DNA of 63,998 nucleotides, the filler included, from Thelocarpon superellum (lineage: Eukaryota): the NCBI GenBank assembly GCA_026025795.1. It is 5 parts of 5 records of this genome, joined end to end, with 100 filler letters (N's around TTAATTAATTAA, not from the genome) between each part and the next. Parts side by side here need not be neighbours in the genome. Positions count along the whole stretch, not along the records: positions 39,903 to 53,008 come from JAPEUG010000464.1; positions 53,109 to 63,998 come from JAPEUG010000515.1; 3 more parts are not named here. One strand, given 5' to 3'. This document shows positions 48,759-60,645 of the stretch, one piece after another. The first letter of the stretch is position 1. Each line of letters begins with the position of its first letter. The notes below the pieces were generated by a model. The model ran no database searches. It was given only the letters and a program-made list of their open reading frames with translations, and was not told the origin of the DNA. The position numbers were made by a program, and so were the translations under genes.

Positions 48759-50096
48759 TTATGCATCCATGACCCAGACTTTGACCACTCCGTCGTCGCC
48801 CGTGCTCACAACGACTTCCTCCTCCTCGTCTCTCCGACCCTTGTCAAAGCGTCTGGCCCAGCACACATGATTGACCTCGTACACGTCATGCGCCGCATCA
48901 ATCTCCGCCAGCACAACCCAATCCGTGACCGGCCCTTCCACCGGCAGCTCCTGTGAGGTGGTTGGGTCCGTTGACGCGTCGTCCGTTGCATCGTTAGAGC
49001 CGAGGGTCAGCCGTAGCCGTTCTTCGTAGACCACTAGCCGGCCGTCGCTGCCCGTGCTCACCACTCGCCCGGTCCGCTTGCTCCATGCGGCGCTGTAGAC
49101 GGCGCGGTCGTGCCGCTGTGGCAGCTGCGCCTCTTCGATCCATTCCTGCTCCGTGCTATGCGTGCGGAGGATGCTGGGGATGCGGCCCTGACCCGTGGGT
49201 GGCGGGGCATCCTCACGCTGAGCCGGAGGAACCCGCCGCCAGATGCGGAGCGTCCGGTCGTCACTGCAGGAGAGCAAGCGTGGGCCGGCACGCTTGAGTG
49301 TGTCCAGGTAGGCCTGCCGCGCCGTGTGCAGGGCCTCGGAGGGCGAGAACGGAGGGTGCTGGGTCCCCTCAAAGTCCACGGCCCAGACGGTGGACGAGTG
49401 GCCCCGGAGGACGGCGACGCACAGCCAGTCGTCGATGTCTTCCATGTAGAGGCGGATGGTGTCGTCGTAGCTCGCCGACGCGAGCAATTCTTCCTCGGGA
49501 TGCCAGACCACGCACTTGACATCCCCGTCGTGCTCTTGCAGCACCGCGATGGTCTCGAAGGTATCGTGGTCGTCGTCGAGCTCCTCCCACACCCACACAC
49601 TCTTGTCCCGACTGCAGGTTGCGAGGTATTGCCCCGACGGACTCCAGGCCACCGACTTGATCTCCGACTCATGGCCGTCGAGCACCACCGCGAAGCGCCA
49701 ATCGTCCTCGTCCTCTTCCTCGTCCTCGCCATCGCCGTTCCGATCGCGGTTCGGTGAGGACCGTGCCACCAACTGGCTCTCGTCCCATCTCTTCCAGATC
49801 CCCGCCGAGGCATCGAAGCTCCCGGTCGCCAAGATACTTTCACCCTTGACATCTCCAGTGGGCTTCCATGCGCATGAGCGCACACTACGTTTGTGTCCGC
49901 CTTCGATCTGCGAATGTTGCTGGAAGTTCGAGAGTGAGTATATCCGGACGATCTTGTCTGAAGAGCAGGTCGCGACGAGGGGGAGAGTTGGATGAGGGGC
50001 GCTGAGCCAGGCTCGAGAGCTCGAGGGCGGAGAAAGGGCAGAAAGAAGCTTCAACGTGCCATGATGTGAAGGCTCGGTCGGCGGGTGTGGACTCAT
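48759..50096 (-). CDS. CIA1: Cytosolic Fe-S assembly protein 1 (WD40)
   Basis: GHKRSVRSCAW, LATGSFDA, GHESEIKSVAWS..ATCSRDKSVWVWE, HDGDVKCVVWHP, SASYDDTIR, AHDVYEVNHVCW. Confidence 0.95.
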   Translation of the reverse strand: MSPHPPTEPSHHGTLKLLSALSPPSSSRAWLSAPHPTLPLVATCSSDKIVRIYSLSNFQQHSQIEGGHKRSVRSCAWKPTGDVKGESILATGSFDASAGIWKRWDESQLVARSSPNRDRNGDGEDEEEDEDDWRFAVVLDGHESEIKSVAWSPSGQYLATCSRDKSVWVWEELDDDHDTFETIAVLQEHDGDVKCVVWHPEEELLASASYDDTIRLYMEDIDDWLCVAVLRGHSSTVWAVDFEGTQHPPFSPSEALHTARQAYLDTLKRAGPRLLSCSDDRTLRIWRRVPPAQREDAPPPTGQGRIPSILRTHSTEQEWIEEAQLPQRHDRAVYSAAWSKRTGRVVSTGSDGRLVVYEERLRLTLGSNDATDDASTDPTTSQELPVEGPVTDWVVLAEIDAAHDVYEVNHVCWARRFDKGRRDEEEEVVVSTGDDGVVKVWVMDA

Positions 50097-50489
50097 GGTA
50101 GTGTGTGTGTGGGGTCCAGTTGCTTCCGGCGACGGAGGTTCGAAGTCACAAGAGGTTCGAGTTCAACCTCAAGCGGCCATCATCACGTTAAGCTACGACG
50201 TGTGCGTGCTCGTAGCTCTACTCAGGCAGATCCGATCAAAGCGGCAGCGTTGCCATTGGCCGATTGTGAGCGAAATGTGTTTTGGTGGTGATACGGTGGA
50301 CGCCGCGATAGATCAATTGAACAAAGTTGCCGAGTGGATGATGCCCCAGTCGAGACGTCATTCCGTGAAGGATGACATCGTCCTTCTCGACCTACCGACA
50401 ACAACTTCCTCGCACTTCTCTGCAAGGGTAAGATCGGGCCAGCCACAGCATGGTCTCACGCGTATAAGATCTTGCGCTTCCATCTGCCC

Positions 50490-51473
50490 ATGGCTCTCAT
50501 CACGGGCTTCCTTCCTCCCTCGCGCGAGACATGGGAACTGATAGTCTATTGTTTTCAATGGTTTCCCGTCGTGAGTCTCCTGTCCAATCATACATGACAT
50601 CGAAGTTTGACGCCGTTCTAGATCACCGTGGTACAATGGTTTACGGACTTCTGGCCTCAGGGCAAGACGTCCATTGAATCGCGCGTCAACATCCCTGGCA
50701 AGATCGGATGGGCGACAATGGAGATGTGGGGCTTCGTAACCCTCTGGTACGTCATATACTCCGTGCCCCAGGAGCTTGGACGAGAGACCCCCCTGCCCCG
50801 GGAGCATTGGGTGATGGCGGGCATGTTTGTACGTACTTCCTGACGGAGATGCTCGCGGCTGTGCTTGCACAATACTTACGAGGCGTAGACAGTCCATTAC
50901 ATCTACCGGTCCTTCATCAGTCCCTTCCTCAATCCGTCCATGTCACCGATCCATCCCTTTGTCTGGATCGCCGCTTGTTGTTTCCAGGTCATCAATGGCT
51001 TATCGATCGGCGGCTGGTTGGCGGGATATGGTCCCACGACCGAGAATGATTGGGCTGGGCGCGACGTCTGGATCGCGCCAGGGATCATGTTGTGGGCCTT
51101 TGGCTTGCTCGGCAACATCTGGCATGAGGACGAGCTCCGCGAGATCCGCCGCGCCGCCACGCGCACCCAGAAGCGTCGCGACGAGGCGCAGCAAGAGTCG
51201 AAAGGGCGGCCGAAGCGGGTGGATAAGGTGTACATGATCCCGCAGAATGGGCTGTTTGGAGCCATTCTTTACCCCCACTACCTGTGTGAGTTTGTGGAAT
51301 GGGGGGGGTTTTGGATGGTTGGTGGCCTAGGCTGCGTCCCGGCCCGGACGTTCCTGATCAATCTCCTGGTGGTCATGACCCTACGAGCTCTCGCTGGCCG
51401 ACGCTGGTATGTGGCACGGTTTGGGCGCGAGAAGATTGGAGCCAAGAAAGCCATCTTCCCGGGGCTACTCTAG
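50490..51473 (+). CDS. 3-oxo-5-alpha-steroid 4-dehydrogenase (steroid 5-alpha reductase family), 3 exons
   Basis: GKIGWATME, HYIYRS, GNIWHEDELREIR, YMIPQNGLF..YPHYLCEFVEW, RRWYVARFG..KAIFPGLL. Confidence 0.88.
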
Positions 51474-53008
51474 GCATGGCAATACCTTGAGAGAGGAGGG
51501 GAGGCCGCGGGCGTTACTACCCGCAGGGCGCGAACCGAGCCGTCAAAGTCATGGGGCGTGGGCGGAGAGGATGGGGACGAGAAAGTGGCGGTCGGACCGA
51601 GGATCGTGGATTGCACACCCTCAGGTCCCTTTTGCGAGGCTACGATGTAATAATTACAAATACGACGGGGGATGACAATAGTACGAGTACCTGGGCACAT
51701 TTCGCTGTCGCTATCTCTCGACGCCTGCGGACGTCGTTACCTGGCAGGCGCCGACCTGCAGCCAGGTGGACCCAAGTGGCCCCAAGCGGCCCTAATTGGG
51801 TCAACCAGAGGGAGGCACCAAGGCAAACAAAGACGTCAAGATATCCCACCCTGCATGACTCGTCCGAGAACAGTTCCGATTATCATTGAATGTGAGTGCT
51901 ACTCGTACTGGCACTCTGTTGTACTGACTGCCGTAAGTCCCAGATCTTGATCCCCCATAGCGCGTGAGATTGCCGACGGACGGACAGGGGACGTCGCGGC
52001 CTTGGCATTGCTGGTGCCTCTGCTGTGCAGCTGGCGAGCGGGGGTCTAAGGGCCAAAGTTCGGCGGCTGCAATCGCTCCCTGCGCCGTCAAGGAAGCGGG
52101 AGGCGTTCCACCTCGGAGTTCTTTCACCTCGCCAACGACCAGCTATCGACAAGGATGTCCGGTTAGGGGGAAGGGGATGAGCTCGAAGGTTGGGTAGCGC
52201 GAGGAAGGATTCCCCTGGTTACGGCGGACAGTCCGAGAGATCTCGTTGGCATCCCGCCACCGGACTGATGTCACTTACTGCTGGCCCTGGTCAGGAGCCA
52301 GGGGTTTCGTCCAAGTCCTGGCCCCTACCTCGGAGCGATGATGTGATCTTCGATGAGCTCTTCTCCTCATACGAGCCCGACATTGGTCGAGGTACAAACG
52401 AGATTGTCGTCGGCTTAGTGGCGATTGGGCCTGGCCAGAAGTTCGCGCGGTGAGGCGTAGATGCCGGAAGAGCCTCCTGGACGCAGCCAATCGGTCGAAG
52501 CGAGGCGCGAGGGTTCCTCGCGGCCCATCATAATAATCTTGCTCGCGTCGTTTCCTCCTAACGCCACCGAAATCTACGGCCAATCATGGCTGATGACACA
52601 CATGAGCTCTCGTTTGCGTTTCGTGCGCGACGAACCTTTTCGGCACGTAAGCTCTGGTCCACCGGTCTTCGTTACAAGTATGTTACCAGCCCGACCCCCG
52701 GCCGCTCTTCCGCGAGGCCCGAAGCAGCGCGTTGAAAGGCCAGCCCGCCGTGGCCCGCTGCGGCGCACGGCCTTGCTAAATCCAATGGGGGCAGGGGTGG
52801 GTGCGTTCGTTCGCCTGCGTTCCAGCGCACGGCGAGGCACAGACCGCACTGGATTGGGTGCGTGTCCGTGTCCGCTGGCAACCTTGTTTTTGGCCGCCGG
52901 CGGACACCTCTCTTGCTCTAACTGCGGATATCAATGCCGCAGCGGAATGCACCCGTCACTTCCGGCGCAGGAGAAGAGCCATCAGGCCAATCAGAATGGT
53001 GGACTTGT

Positions 53009-53108
53009 NNNNNNNNNNNNNNNNNNNNNNNNNNNNNNNNNNNNNNNNNNNNTTAATTAATTAANNNNNNNNNNNNNNNNNNNNNNNNNNNNNNNNNNNN
53101 NNNNNNNN
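53009..53108. other. Artificial contig linker N44-TTAATTAATTAA-N44
   Basis: Identical 100-bp linker. Confidence 0.97.
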
Positions 53109-53153
53109 TGCTGACAAGCTACTGCGATCCATCCTGATCATGCGACCGCCATC

Positions 53154-55968
53154 TCACGGACTGAGTGCTTCATCGCCGAGATCCCACTTCCGCGTGGTCA
53201 GTTTCCTACCGTCAACCTCTCGTGAGCTTCATGCCCCACACCAGTGGTCAAGGCCGAAGAAAGATCATCATCCGACTCACCTCATCTTTCTTCCCGCCGT
53301 TCGAGGGGTCTTCGTGCTGGGGCTGGGCCGCAGGGTGGTCTCGTCCATGCTGATGATGCTCTCGCACGCGTCGCTGGTCACGCTCGGCGTGGCCGACGGC
53401 CGGAGCGCCTTGCGTGGCGACTTGGTCGGCGTTGTGACGTTGGTGGCTTCATCCGAGTGATCGTGCATGCTGTGGTCGTGTAGGGTCAGTTTCCCAAAGG
53501 CGCGGATGGACTTTTCCATGGCGTCTTGCGGTGAGGACATCATCGTCGACATGGCCGTGGACCGCGTCGCTCGTCCGCCCTTCCGAGGAGACTTGGCCGG
53601 TGGGTCCCCGTTCAGTGACCGCTCTCCCATGATGACGATCGAATCGTCCTTTCGCGCGTTCTTGGTTGGGGAGCGACCCCGGAGCTCGCGCTCGAGGGCC
53701 TCAATCTTGCCCCGGAGCACGTCGTTTTCTCGCTCGACCTCGTCGAGGCGGTCAGAGGCCGTCGGCGGAGCGTCTTCGTGGACGTACAAGGACCGCGACA
53801 GGATGGTCATCTTCTTGTCCAGATGTTCGTCATTGCGATCCAGCTCTTCGCCCATGGCGTTTCTCCACCGGCGCGCCTCGAGCTCGATACGCTTCTCCAT
53901 GGCGGCGGAACACTCGAGGCGCGTCTCCTCTTCGATGCTTTGACAACGCGCCTCGGCCGCGCGCCAGGCATCCTCGGCCTCTCGCCGTCGCTGCTCCTCT
54001 TCTTCGACGCGGAACATCAAGACGTCCATCTCCTCACCCAGGCGGGCAATCTCCTGCAGCGCGTATTCCGTCTCTTCGGACGTCCAGGACGAGGGCGTGG
54101 TGCGCCCGCTCGTCAGCTGAGACCGGGCCGTGGTGCCGGAGAAGATGGTGCTGCTGATGGAGGGGATCCGGGGCACGGTGATCTCGCGCGCCAAGGCCGA
54201 ATAGCGCAAGATCTGGGAGGTGGCATTGAAGTCCCCCAGCGGGTCGGCCGTGACGATCATCACCGCCTTCTGAGGAGATCGGGGGCTGGTGGCGTAGTGG
54301 TGGGCGGAGGATGCGAACGAGGGGAAGGAATTGGAAAAGAGCAGCTCGGTCAGCTTGCACTGGCGGAACGGTACCAGCGCAGGCTGGGCCAGGTCAGTCG
54401 TCTCTCGCGGTAGACGAGGGGGCAATGGGCCTTGCCTTGTTTCCCTCGCTGTTGTCACTTTGCATCTGCAGACACTGCCCGAGGTACATCAGACTCTCGT
54501 TGATCTTGCCCGCTTCGGCCAACGTTGCGCCTGCCGTCTTTGCGTTGCGCGCTCGTTCTGAACCTGCACGTCGTGCATCAGTGCCCGCTGGCGCGATCAT
54601 TCCCGCTTCATGCTTACCGGCGAGATCGACAATGGTCAACGTGCTGCTTGACCAGTGGCCGATCGATGACCGCGGTCGTCGCTTCACTTCCACGCAAAAG
54701 AACCCGTGACTTCGCGAGCTCACGGAGTTGCTGCCGGTGCCCGCCACCCGCCGTTCCGTCAGCGCCGTCTCGAGCACCATCAGCGCGTCTTCCGCCGTGC
54801 CGCACAAGACCTTGCGCAGGCCAGCAACGACCTTTCGATCGGGAGAGTGCTCGGTGGATTTGAAGAGCAGCGGCCGCCGGCGAGCGTCTTTGGGAGGCCC
54901 CGTGCGGCAGGCGGCGAAGGATGTGCCGTGCGGCCCGGGCAGCAGGTCGAAGATGCGATCGTTGTAGACCTCGTACATGGACACCAAGATGGCATATTCC
55001 ATCTCGGGCGCGACGTCGACCTGGATGTCGCTGACGTCGGGCACTTGCGGGAGCGCCGAGGGTCGTGGGGGCTTGGGGTGGCGCGCGCGAGTCGGGGTGG
55101 CGGCAATGTCCTTGACGGGAGCCGATCTGAACTTAGCAAGATTCTTGGAGAAGTGAGAGGCATGGAGCAGCGCCGCGGTCCAGGTGTGGTCTCTGCGTCC
55201 GGGAGGCGAATGGCCTGCGTGCAGACCGAGCCGTGATGGATACAGTGCAATAGAAGATGAGGGCGAAGGAACATGGTGTCCTACCGACATGGGCGTGGGT
55301 GCTCGCAGACTGGAGCATTCCGACCCAGCATCCCCGTAGCACCCCTCCAGGAAGTCGGGCGCCCAGCACATCTGTGCCTCCGATGCATCCGAGGCCGAAA
55401 GCGACGCGAGACTGCCAGCATGCGGATGGGGATCGATCAGGCGTCCGTGGAGAGATCGAAAGAGCACGTCGAGAGACAGCTGGGTCATCCCACGCTGTGT
55501 CTTGGAGCCAAGGACGGTGTGACTCTGCCACGATGGTCAGGAGCGTTGTAGCGCGGGTCCGCCGGGTCATTCCTCGCCTACCTTGCCAGAGCCCGTCACG
55601 CCCAAGGTGGCCAATAATCCATCTCGCTCGGTCTTGCCCCCAGCTCCTAGGACCCCTTCGATCAAGGGCAGGACTTGGGCCCCCTTGAAGATGTCCAATT
55701 GCGCCGCATCCTCTTGGAAGACGCGGGTAAAGGCGAACTTCTCGACGGCCCGGCGTCGGGAATCCTGGGGCGGGGTGAGCGTGATGTGGGTTGGATCCTG
55801 AGAGTCGGCGTCCGGGGCTGGAGGCGCGACGGTCAAGTAGCGGCGAGATAGGGAGAGGTCGGGGTAGAGGATGTTGGGCCCCGCGGCGGCAGCGTTCGGA
55901 TGGTCGTTGTTGGTCGGCGGGGGTTTGAGACGCAGGTAGACCTGGAATAACGAGGCGGGCGGCGCCAT
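53154..55968 (-). CDS. Kinesin motor protein, probably kinesin-6 (Klp9/KIF20-like), multi-exon
   Basis: FQVYLRL, P-loop GVTGSGK, YEVYNDRIFDLL, NSVSSRSH, IVDLAGSER, EAGKINESLMYLGQCL, VPFRQCKLTELLF; long loop insert and coiled-coil tail. Confidence 0.9.
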
Positions 55969-56794
55969 GGTATCGGCCTCGAAGATGGGTTCCATTCGTG
56001 GGTCGGAGCGAGGTGCAGGCTTATAAGGGATGGAATCACAAGCCATTGCTTGCGTGCATCGTTGCATGTCCGTGCATCTGCAGAGTCGTGGTAGTGTGGT
56101 AGAGCTCGACGTTCCGTTGGTAGCTACGCCGCTGATTGTTTACCGACAGTCAACATGAGGATCGCCCTTATCTTCATTGGGAGTAGCCGGTCGTATCGTA
56201 GTAACGACCCTGGCCACCACCCTCGCCTTAACTTTCGCTGGTCGTCCAGCCCGCGAGCAGTTTGGCCCGCACGAGCAGCAAGAGCGTGAGAGTCCCGCCA
56301 GCAGCTGTCGAGTGTGCGGGTGAGGAGCCCGAGATGCATCTCAACTCCACGGCCGACCTTGTGGTGTCTGTAGCCGTTTAGAGCCGCTTCTAGGGGAGGC
56401 ATGATCTCGGCTCACGTGATGCCCTGAGACGTAACCTCTCTGGAGGGTCTACTTGTATAGATGGCCGATGGTGCAGAGAGGCGGCATCGTAGAGCCGATC
56501 ACGGCGAAAATATGAGCGGCATAGGGTCGATGAGCAACCTCTACTGCCAGTAGAATCAGTAGTCATGGTACTCGTACGTCATCGCGAAAGTCATGGGCCC
56601 GCTAAGGGGAGTCCTGTCTCGCAAGTAGGCGAAGGCGATCCAAAGTCAATTGGCGATAATCGTGTCGATATTGGCCTCCCAGTGAGCGTGAGTGCTCCAT
56701 AGCTATCGCCGGGCTGACTCGTACTCGAACACTTCATCTACGGAGCCCGTCGATCTATGGTCTGACTTTTCCAAGCTTTTCCTGAGCCCGCGCA

Positions 56795-57432
56795 TCATTC
56801 TTCTTCGTCCTCCTCGCCCTCGACTGCTGCCGCCGCCTCCTCCTCGGCCGGAGCCTCCACTGCCGCGGCCTTCTTGGTGGCCGCGGGGTCGGGCACGCCA
56901 TTTTCTCCCTTAGCCTTGGCCTCGGCTGCGTCTTCTTCCTCCTCCTCTTCCTCGGCCGGCGCAGCAGCTTCCTCGTTGCCGGCCACGTCGGGGTCTGTCT
57001 TGCGCTTCTTTGGAGCGGGCGGTTTCTCTGCTGCAGGGCACACCCCTCCGTTAGTAGCTACTCGCTGGGGTAGGAAAAGTTCAAGACGTACCGGACTCTT
57101 CCTCCTCCTCCTCCTCCTCAGCCTCCTCCTCCTCCTCCTCGTCTACGTCATCGTCCTCTTCGCCGGCGTCTTCGTCGGACTCCTCATACCTATGGACCAA
57201 AGAGGTGTGTAGGTTAGCGAGATGCTCAATGGCTTCGTAGAGACAGGGCATTGGAGAGAGAGATGGGTGAGGAAGCCGCCAACATTCCTTGCAGCTGCTG
57301 GGACCGGCCTCGGAGCATGCGCGAGGGTGGGGGACGGGAAACGTACTCCTCTTCCTCCTCGCTCTCGTCGCTGGGAAGGGCCTGGAGCTCCTCTTCCTCC
57401 TCGGCGTCTTGCTTTCTCTTGCGGGTGGACAT
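56795..57432 (-). CDS. Small highly acidic protein with NLS-like motifs, 3 exons
   Basis: MSTRKRKQDAEEEEELQALPSDESEEEEE, then a poly-E/D exon, then EKPPAPKKRKT; the GT-AG introns fit. Confidence 0.75.
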
Positions 57433-58379
57433 GGCGGCGATGGAAGGGGAGGTGTAATAGCGAGGGGGCGTGGGACAATGGCGGTGGGTAAGGAAATGAT
57501 GGTGTGGTGGTGTGGTGGTGTGGTGGTGTGAAAGAGGGAGGGTGGCCCTCGGGAGAGCTGCGCGAGGGAGCAGGGCGGCGTGCGCAGTTGCGTACTCGGA
57601 CGCTGACGGCGCGGGCGGCGCGGGGAGGTCCTGGGCTGGGCCAGTGGGCTCCTTGGGATGCCAGGATGCTGGGCTGCAGCACGCCGCACCGCACCTTAGC
57701 GGATGCCGCCGTCAGGCGCGTTCCGGGCGAGTACTCGTCGCGAGTGACCGAGCACCCCGTACTCGGACCTGCGGGGGGCGAGCGAGGCCATGGTGGCCTG
57801 CAATTGGCGAGGCTGGAAGGGCGACGGGGTACCGTAGGCGCAGGACGCTGGAGCGGTGCTGGATTCTTACGACGTGCGTGCGGCCGGCGTGACTGTCGGC
57901 CCTTAGTGGGGTGGGAGGGCCGACGGGCCAAGCGAAGGCACGACGTCAGGACCACAGCAGGAACAGCAACTGGATCCGAGACCCACCCTGTCGGAGCTGG
58001 ACAGATCCCCTCCGCATGCACGCTGTTCGCAACTGCACAGCAGCTTACCGACAGCCAATCAGAGGACAGGATGGAGGGTGTTCCGGAGAAGCCCACGCCT
58101 GAGGGCTGTACGACACGTTCACATGGTCTGGGTTTGGCCCCACCAATGTAAAAGAGGACCTTGCTACCCCGCAGCTCAACAGTCTTAACGTGCCTGCAAT
58201 CGCCCGCTGCGAGCTTCTGGACGGGTGCTGGGTGCGAAGCAGTTGCGCACGAAGCGCGGGTGTGGTCCGGCGGCAGATCAAGGTAGAGCTACAGCGCCGG
58301 TCCTTTGGCGAGGGGTCGTTTCTATTGTTTGCCACATTCACCACGAGGTTTGGGAGACTTAGCTAGAGGTCGATAGATT

Positions 58380-60108
58380 ATGGCTTCCTTAAGTCCCCGT
58401 ACCATGTTACGGAGCTCGGCGCATCAATGGCCGCAAAATGTGATCCCACAAAGGTGCCGGAGAAGGCTGGCAACCTCCGCTTCAGATCCTGCCCGGCTCC
58501 CCCTGGCTGGGACCCGCGTGCTTGATTTGACGCGTGTCTTGGCTGGCGTATGTGGAACATGGACTTTCGACTGCGATATTCGATGCTGAGGCTGATGGGT
58601 CGTGATAGCCATACTGTACACAAATTCTCGGTGACTTGGGGTATGAGTGGAATCCGTTGCTCTTTCATCCTTCTGGCGCCTTCCCACCTTCGTCGGTAGG
58701 CCGAGGCTGAAAGTCATTGGACAGGGCGGAGGTGATCAAGGTCGAACATCCCACCCGTGGAGATGATACGCGAGCCTGGGGCCCTCCCTATGCCAAACCG
58801 ATCCGGGGGAAGGATCGCAATGGACCGGGCGAAAGCGCATATTTCCTGGCGGTGCGCCATCACGGCCACCCGTCCTGCGGCACGTGCTCATGATGGCAGG
58901 TCAATCGGAACAAGCAGTCAATTGGGCTCTCATTTGCACATCCATCGGGCGCGGCAATCTTGCATCGGCTGGTGGCGAAGTGCGACGTGTTGGTGGAAAA
59001 CTACCTTCCCGGCACCCTGGAAAAATACGAACTCGACTACGATGCCGTGGCCAAGATCAACCCAGCCATCATCTACGCCAGTATCACGGGCTATGGCCAG
59101 ACGGGACCCTATCGGCGGCGTGCAGGCTACGATGTGATGGTGGAGGGGTAGGTCGCTGTGGTGCGGGCTAGAGGGGGACCCGGACTGACGTTGGTAGCGA
59201 GATGGGACTCATGCACGTCACGGGCACGCGAGATGGTCCCCCGGTCAAGGTCGGCGTCGCGGTGACGGACCTGACGACGGGGCTCTACACGTCCAATGCC
59301 ATCATGGCGGCCCTGCTGGGTCGGGTGAAGAGCGGACGCGGACAGCACATCGACGCGGCGCTGAGCGACTGCCAAGTGGCGACCTTGTCGAATCTGGCGA
59401 GTTCGGCCTTGATCAGTGGTCAGAAGGATTCGGGACGCTGGGGAACGTCGCATCGTGGGTACGACCGTCTTGCACCGGATCTTTGCTCATGACCCCGATA
59501 GCCTCCATCGTCCCCTATCGATCCTTTCAGACGGCGGATAGTCATATTCTGCTGGGCGGCGGGAATGACCGACTGTTCGGCATCCTCTGCGAGAAGATTG
59601 GCAAGGTGGGCTGGACCACTGACCCACGTTTCGTGACAAATGCGGTGCGAGTGGCGCATCGAGATGTCCTCGAATCGATGATCGAAGAGGAGACCAAGCG
59701 GAAGACGACGCAGGTGAGTGGACCCTTGGATCTCTATGCCCCAACGACCGACCTTCCTGACGTTGTCAGGAGTGGCTGGACATCTGCGACGGAAGTGGCA
59801 TGCCATATGCGGCGGTGAATGATATCCAAGGGACGCTGAATCACGAGCATGGTAGGTAGCTTGAGCCATCCACTGATGGTCCGCTGACACGGGCAGTGCT
59901 TGCACGAGACATGGTGACTGAAATCGATCATTCCACCTGTGGGCCCATCAAACTGGTCAACACCCCGGTCAAGTATTCTCATTCGACCCCGGGCATTCGA
60001 ACGCCACCACCCACTCTCGGCCAGCATACAGACGAGATCTTGCGCGAGATGATGGACATGGACGAAGGACAGATCCGACGCCTGCGCGGAGAGGGGGTGG
60101 TGAGGTAG
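58380..60108 (+). CDS. CoA-transferase family III (CaiB/BaiF, SUGCT-like), mitochondrial-type presequence, many introns
   Basis: [79 protein letters not shown]. Confidence 0.93.
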
Positions 60109-60185
60109 GGAGGGGAAGGTTCGGATGCGATCGTACATTGAACACCCCGTAAAATGTCACGGAAGCCGAGAATTCTGGACACTAC

Positions 60186-60321
60186 TGTGGAGGCTCCATA
60201 CGGGAGCTCGAGGCTTCTGAGTAAGCCGCTTCACATGACCCACAATAGCTGTATATTAGAACAGCGGATAGCTTCCGTAGAATAAACCACCCATCTCCAG
60301 TGGAATAACCGGGGTGCGTCA
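60186..60321 (-). mobile_element. 136-bp TG..CA element (probable solo LTR), copy 2, flanked by CTAC duplication
   Basis: ctac-TGTGGAGG...GCGTCA-ctac on the + strand; inverted copy of 33743-33878. Confidence 0.8.
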
Positions 60322-60645
60322 CTACTGAGGGAGGAAGGAACCGACGAGCGAGTACGCAGGAAGGCGAGGCGAGGCGTCGTTCCTGGGGCGTGCTTCAGGA
60401 TGTGGGCGTCGGCTAACTGTGTGCGAGTGGCAATCATCGTCAGGCACTGGGCAAGTCTAGACGATAAGCTTGGACGGCGTCCTGTCCGACTCTCATCCTC
60501 ACGAAGTCCGGGCATCCTGTAGCTGTACCTGAGTGGAGCCATGAGCATTTGGCCGAATTCTGCAATTCTGCCCGGAAGATGAAGCTGATGATGACTTGCC
60601 TCGCGAGTGGAGCGATTGAGTAAATCAAGGTCCTTTTCTTTGATC

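Noticed and set aside
45850..51473. MET6-CIA1-reductase as a functional gene cluster
   Set aside because: Ordinary housekeeping neighbours with no shared pathway evidence.
56795..57432. CHZ1 gene symbol
   Set aside because: The diagnostic CHZ motif was not found.
58795..58830. Frameshift in the CoA-transferase exon
   Set aside because: Recounting the G run shows [19 protein letters not shown] is in frame.
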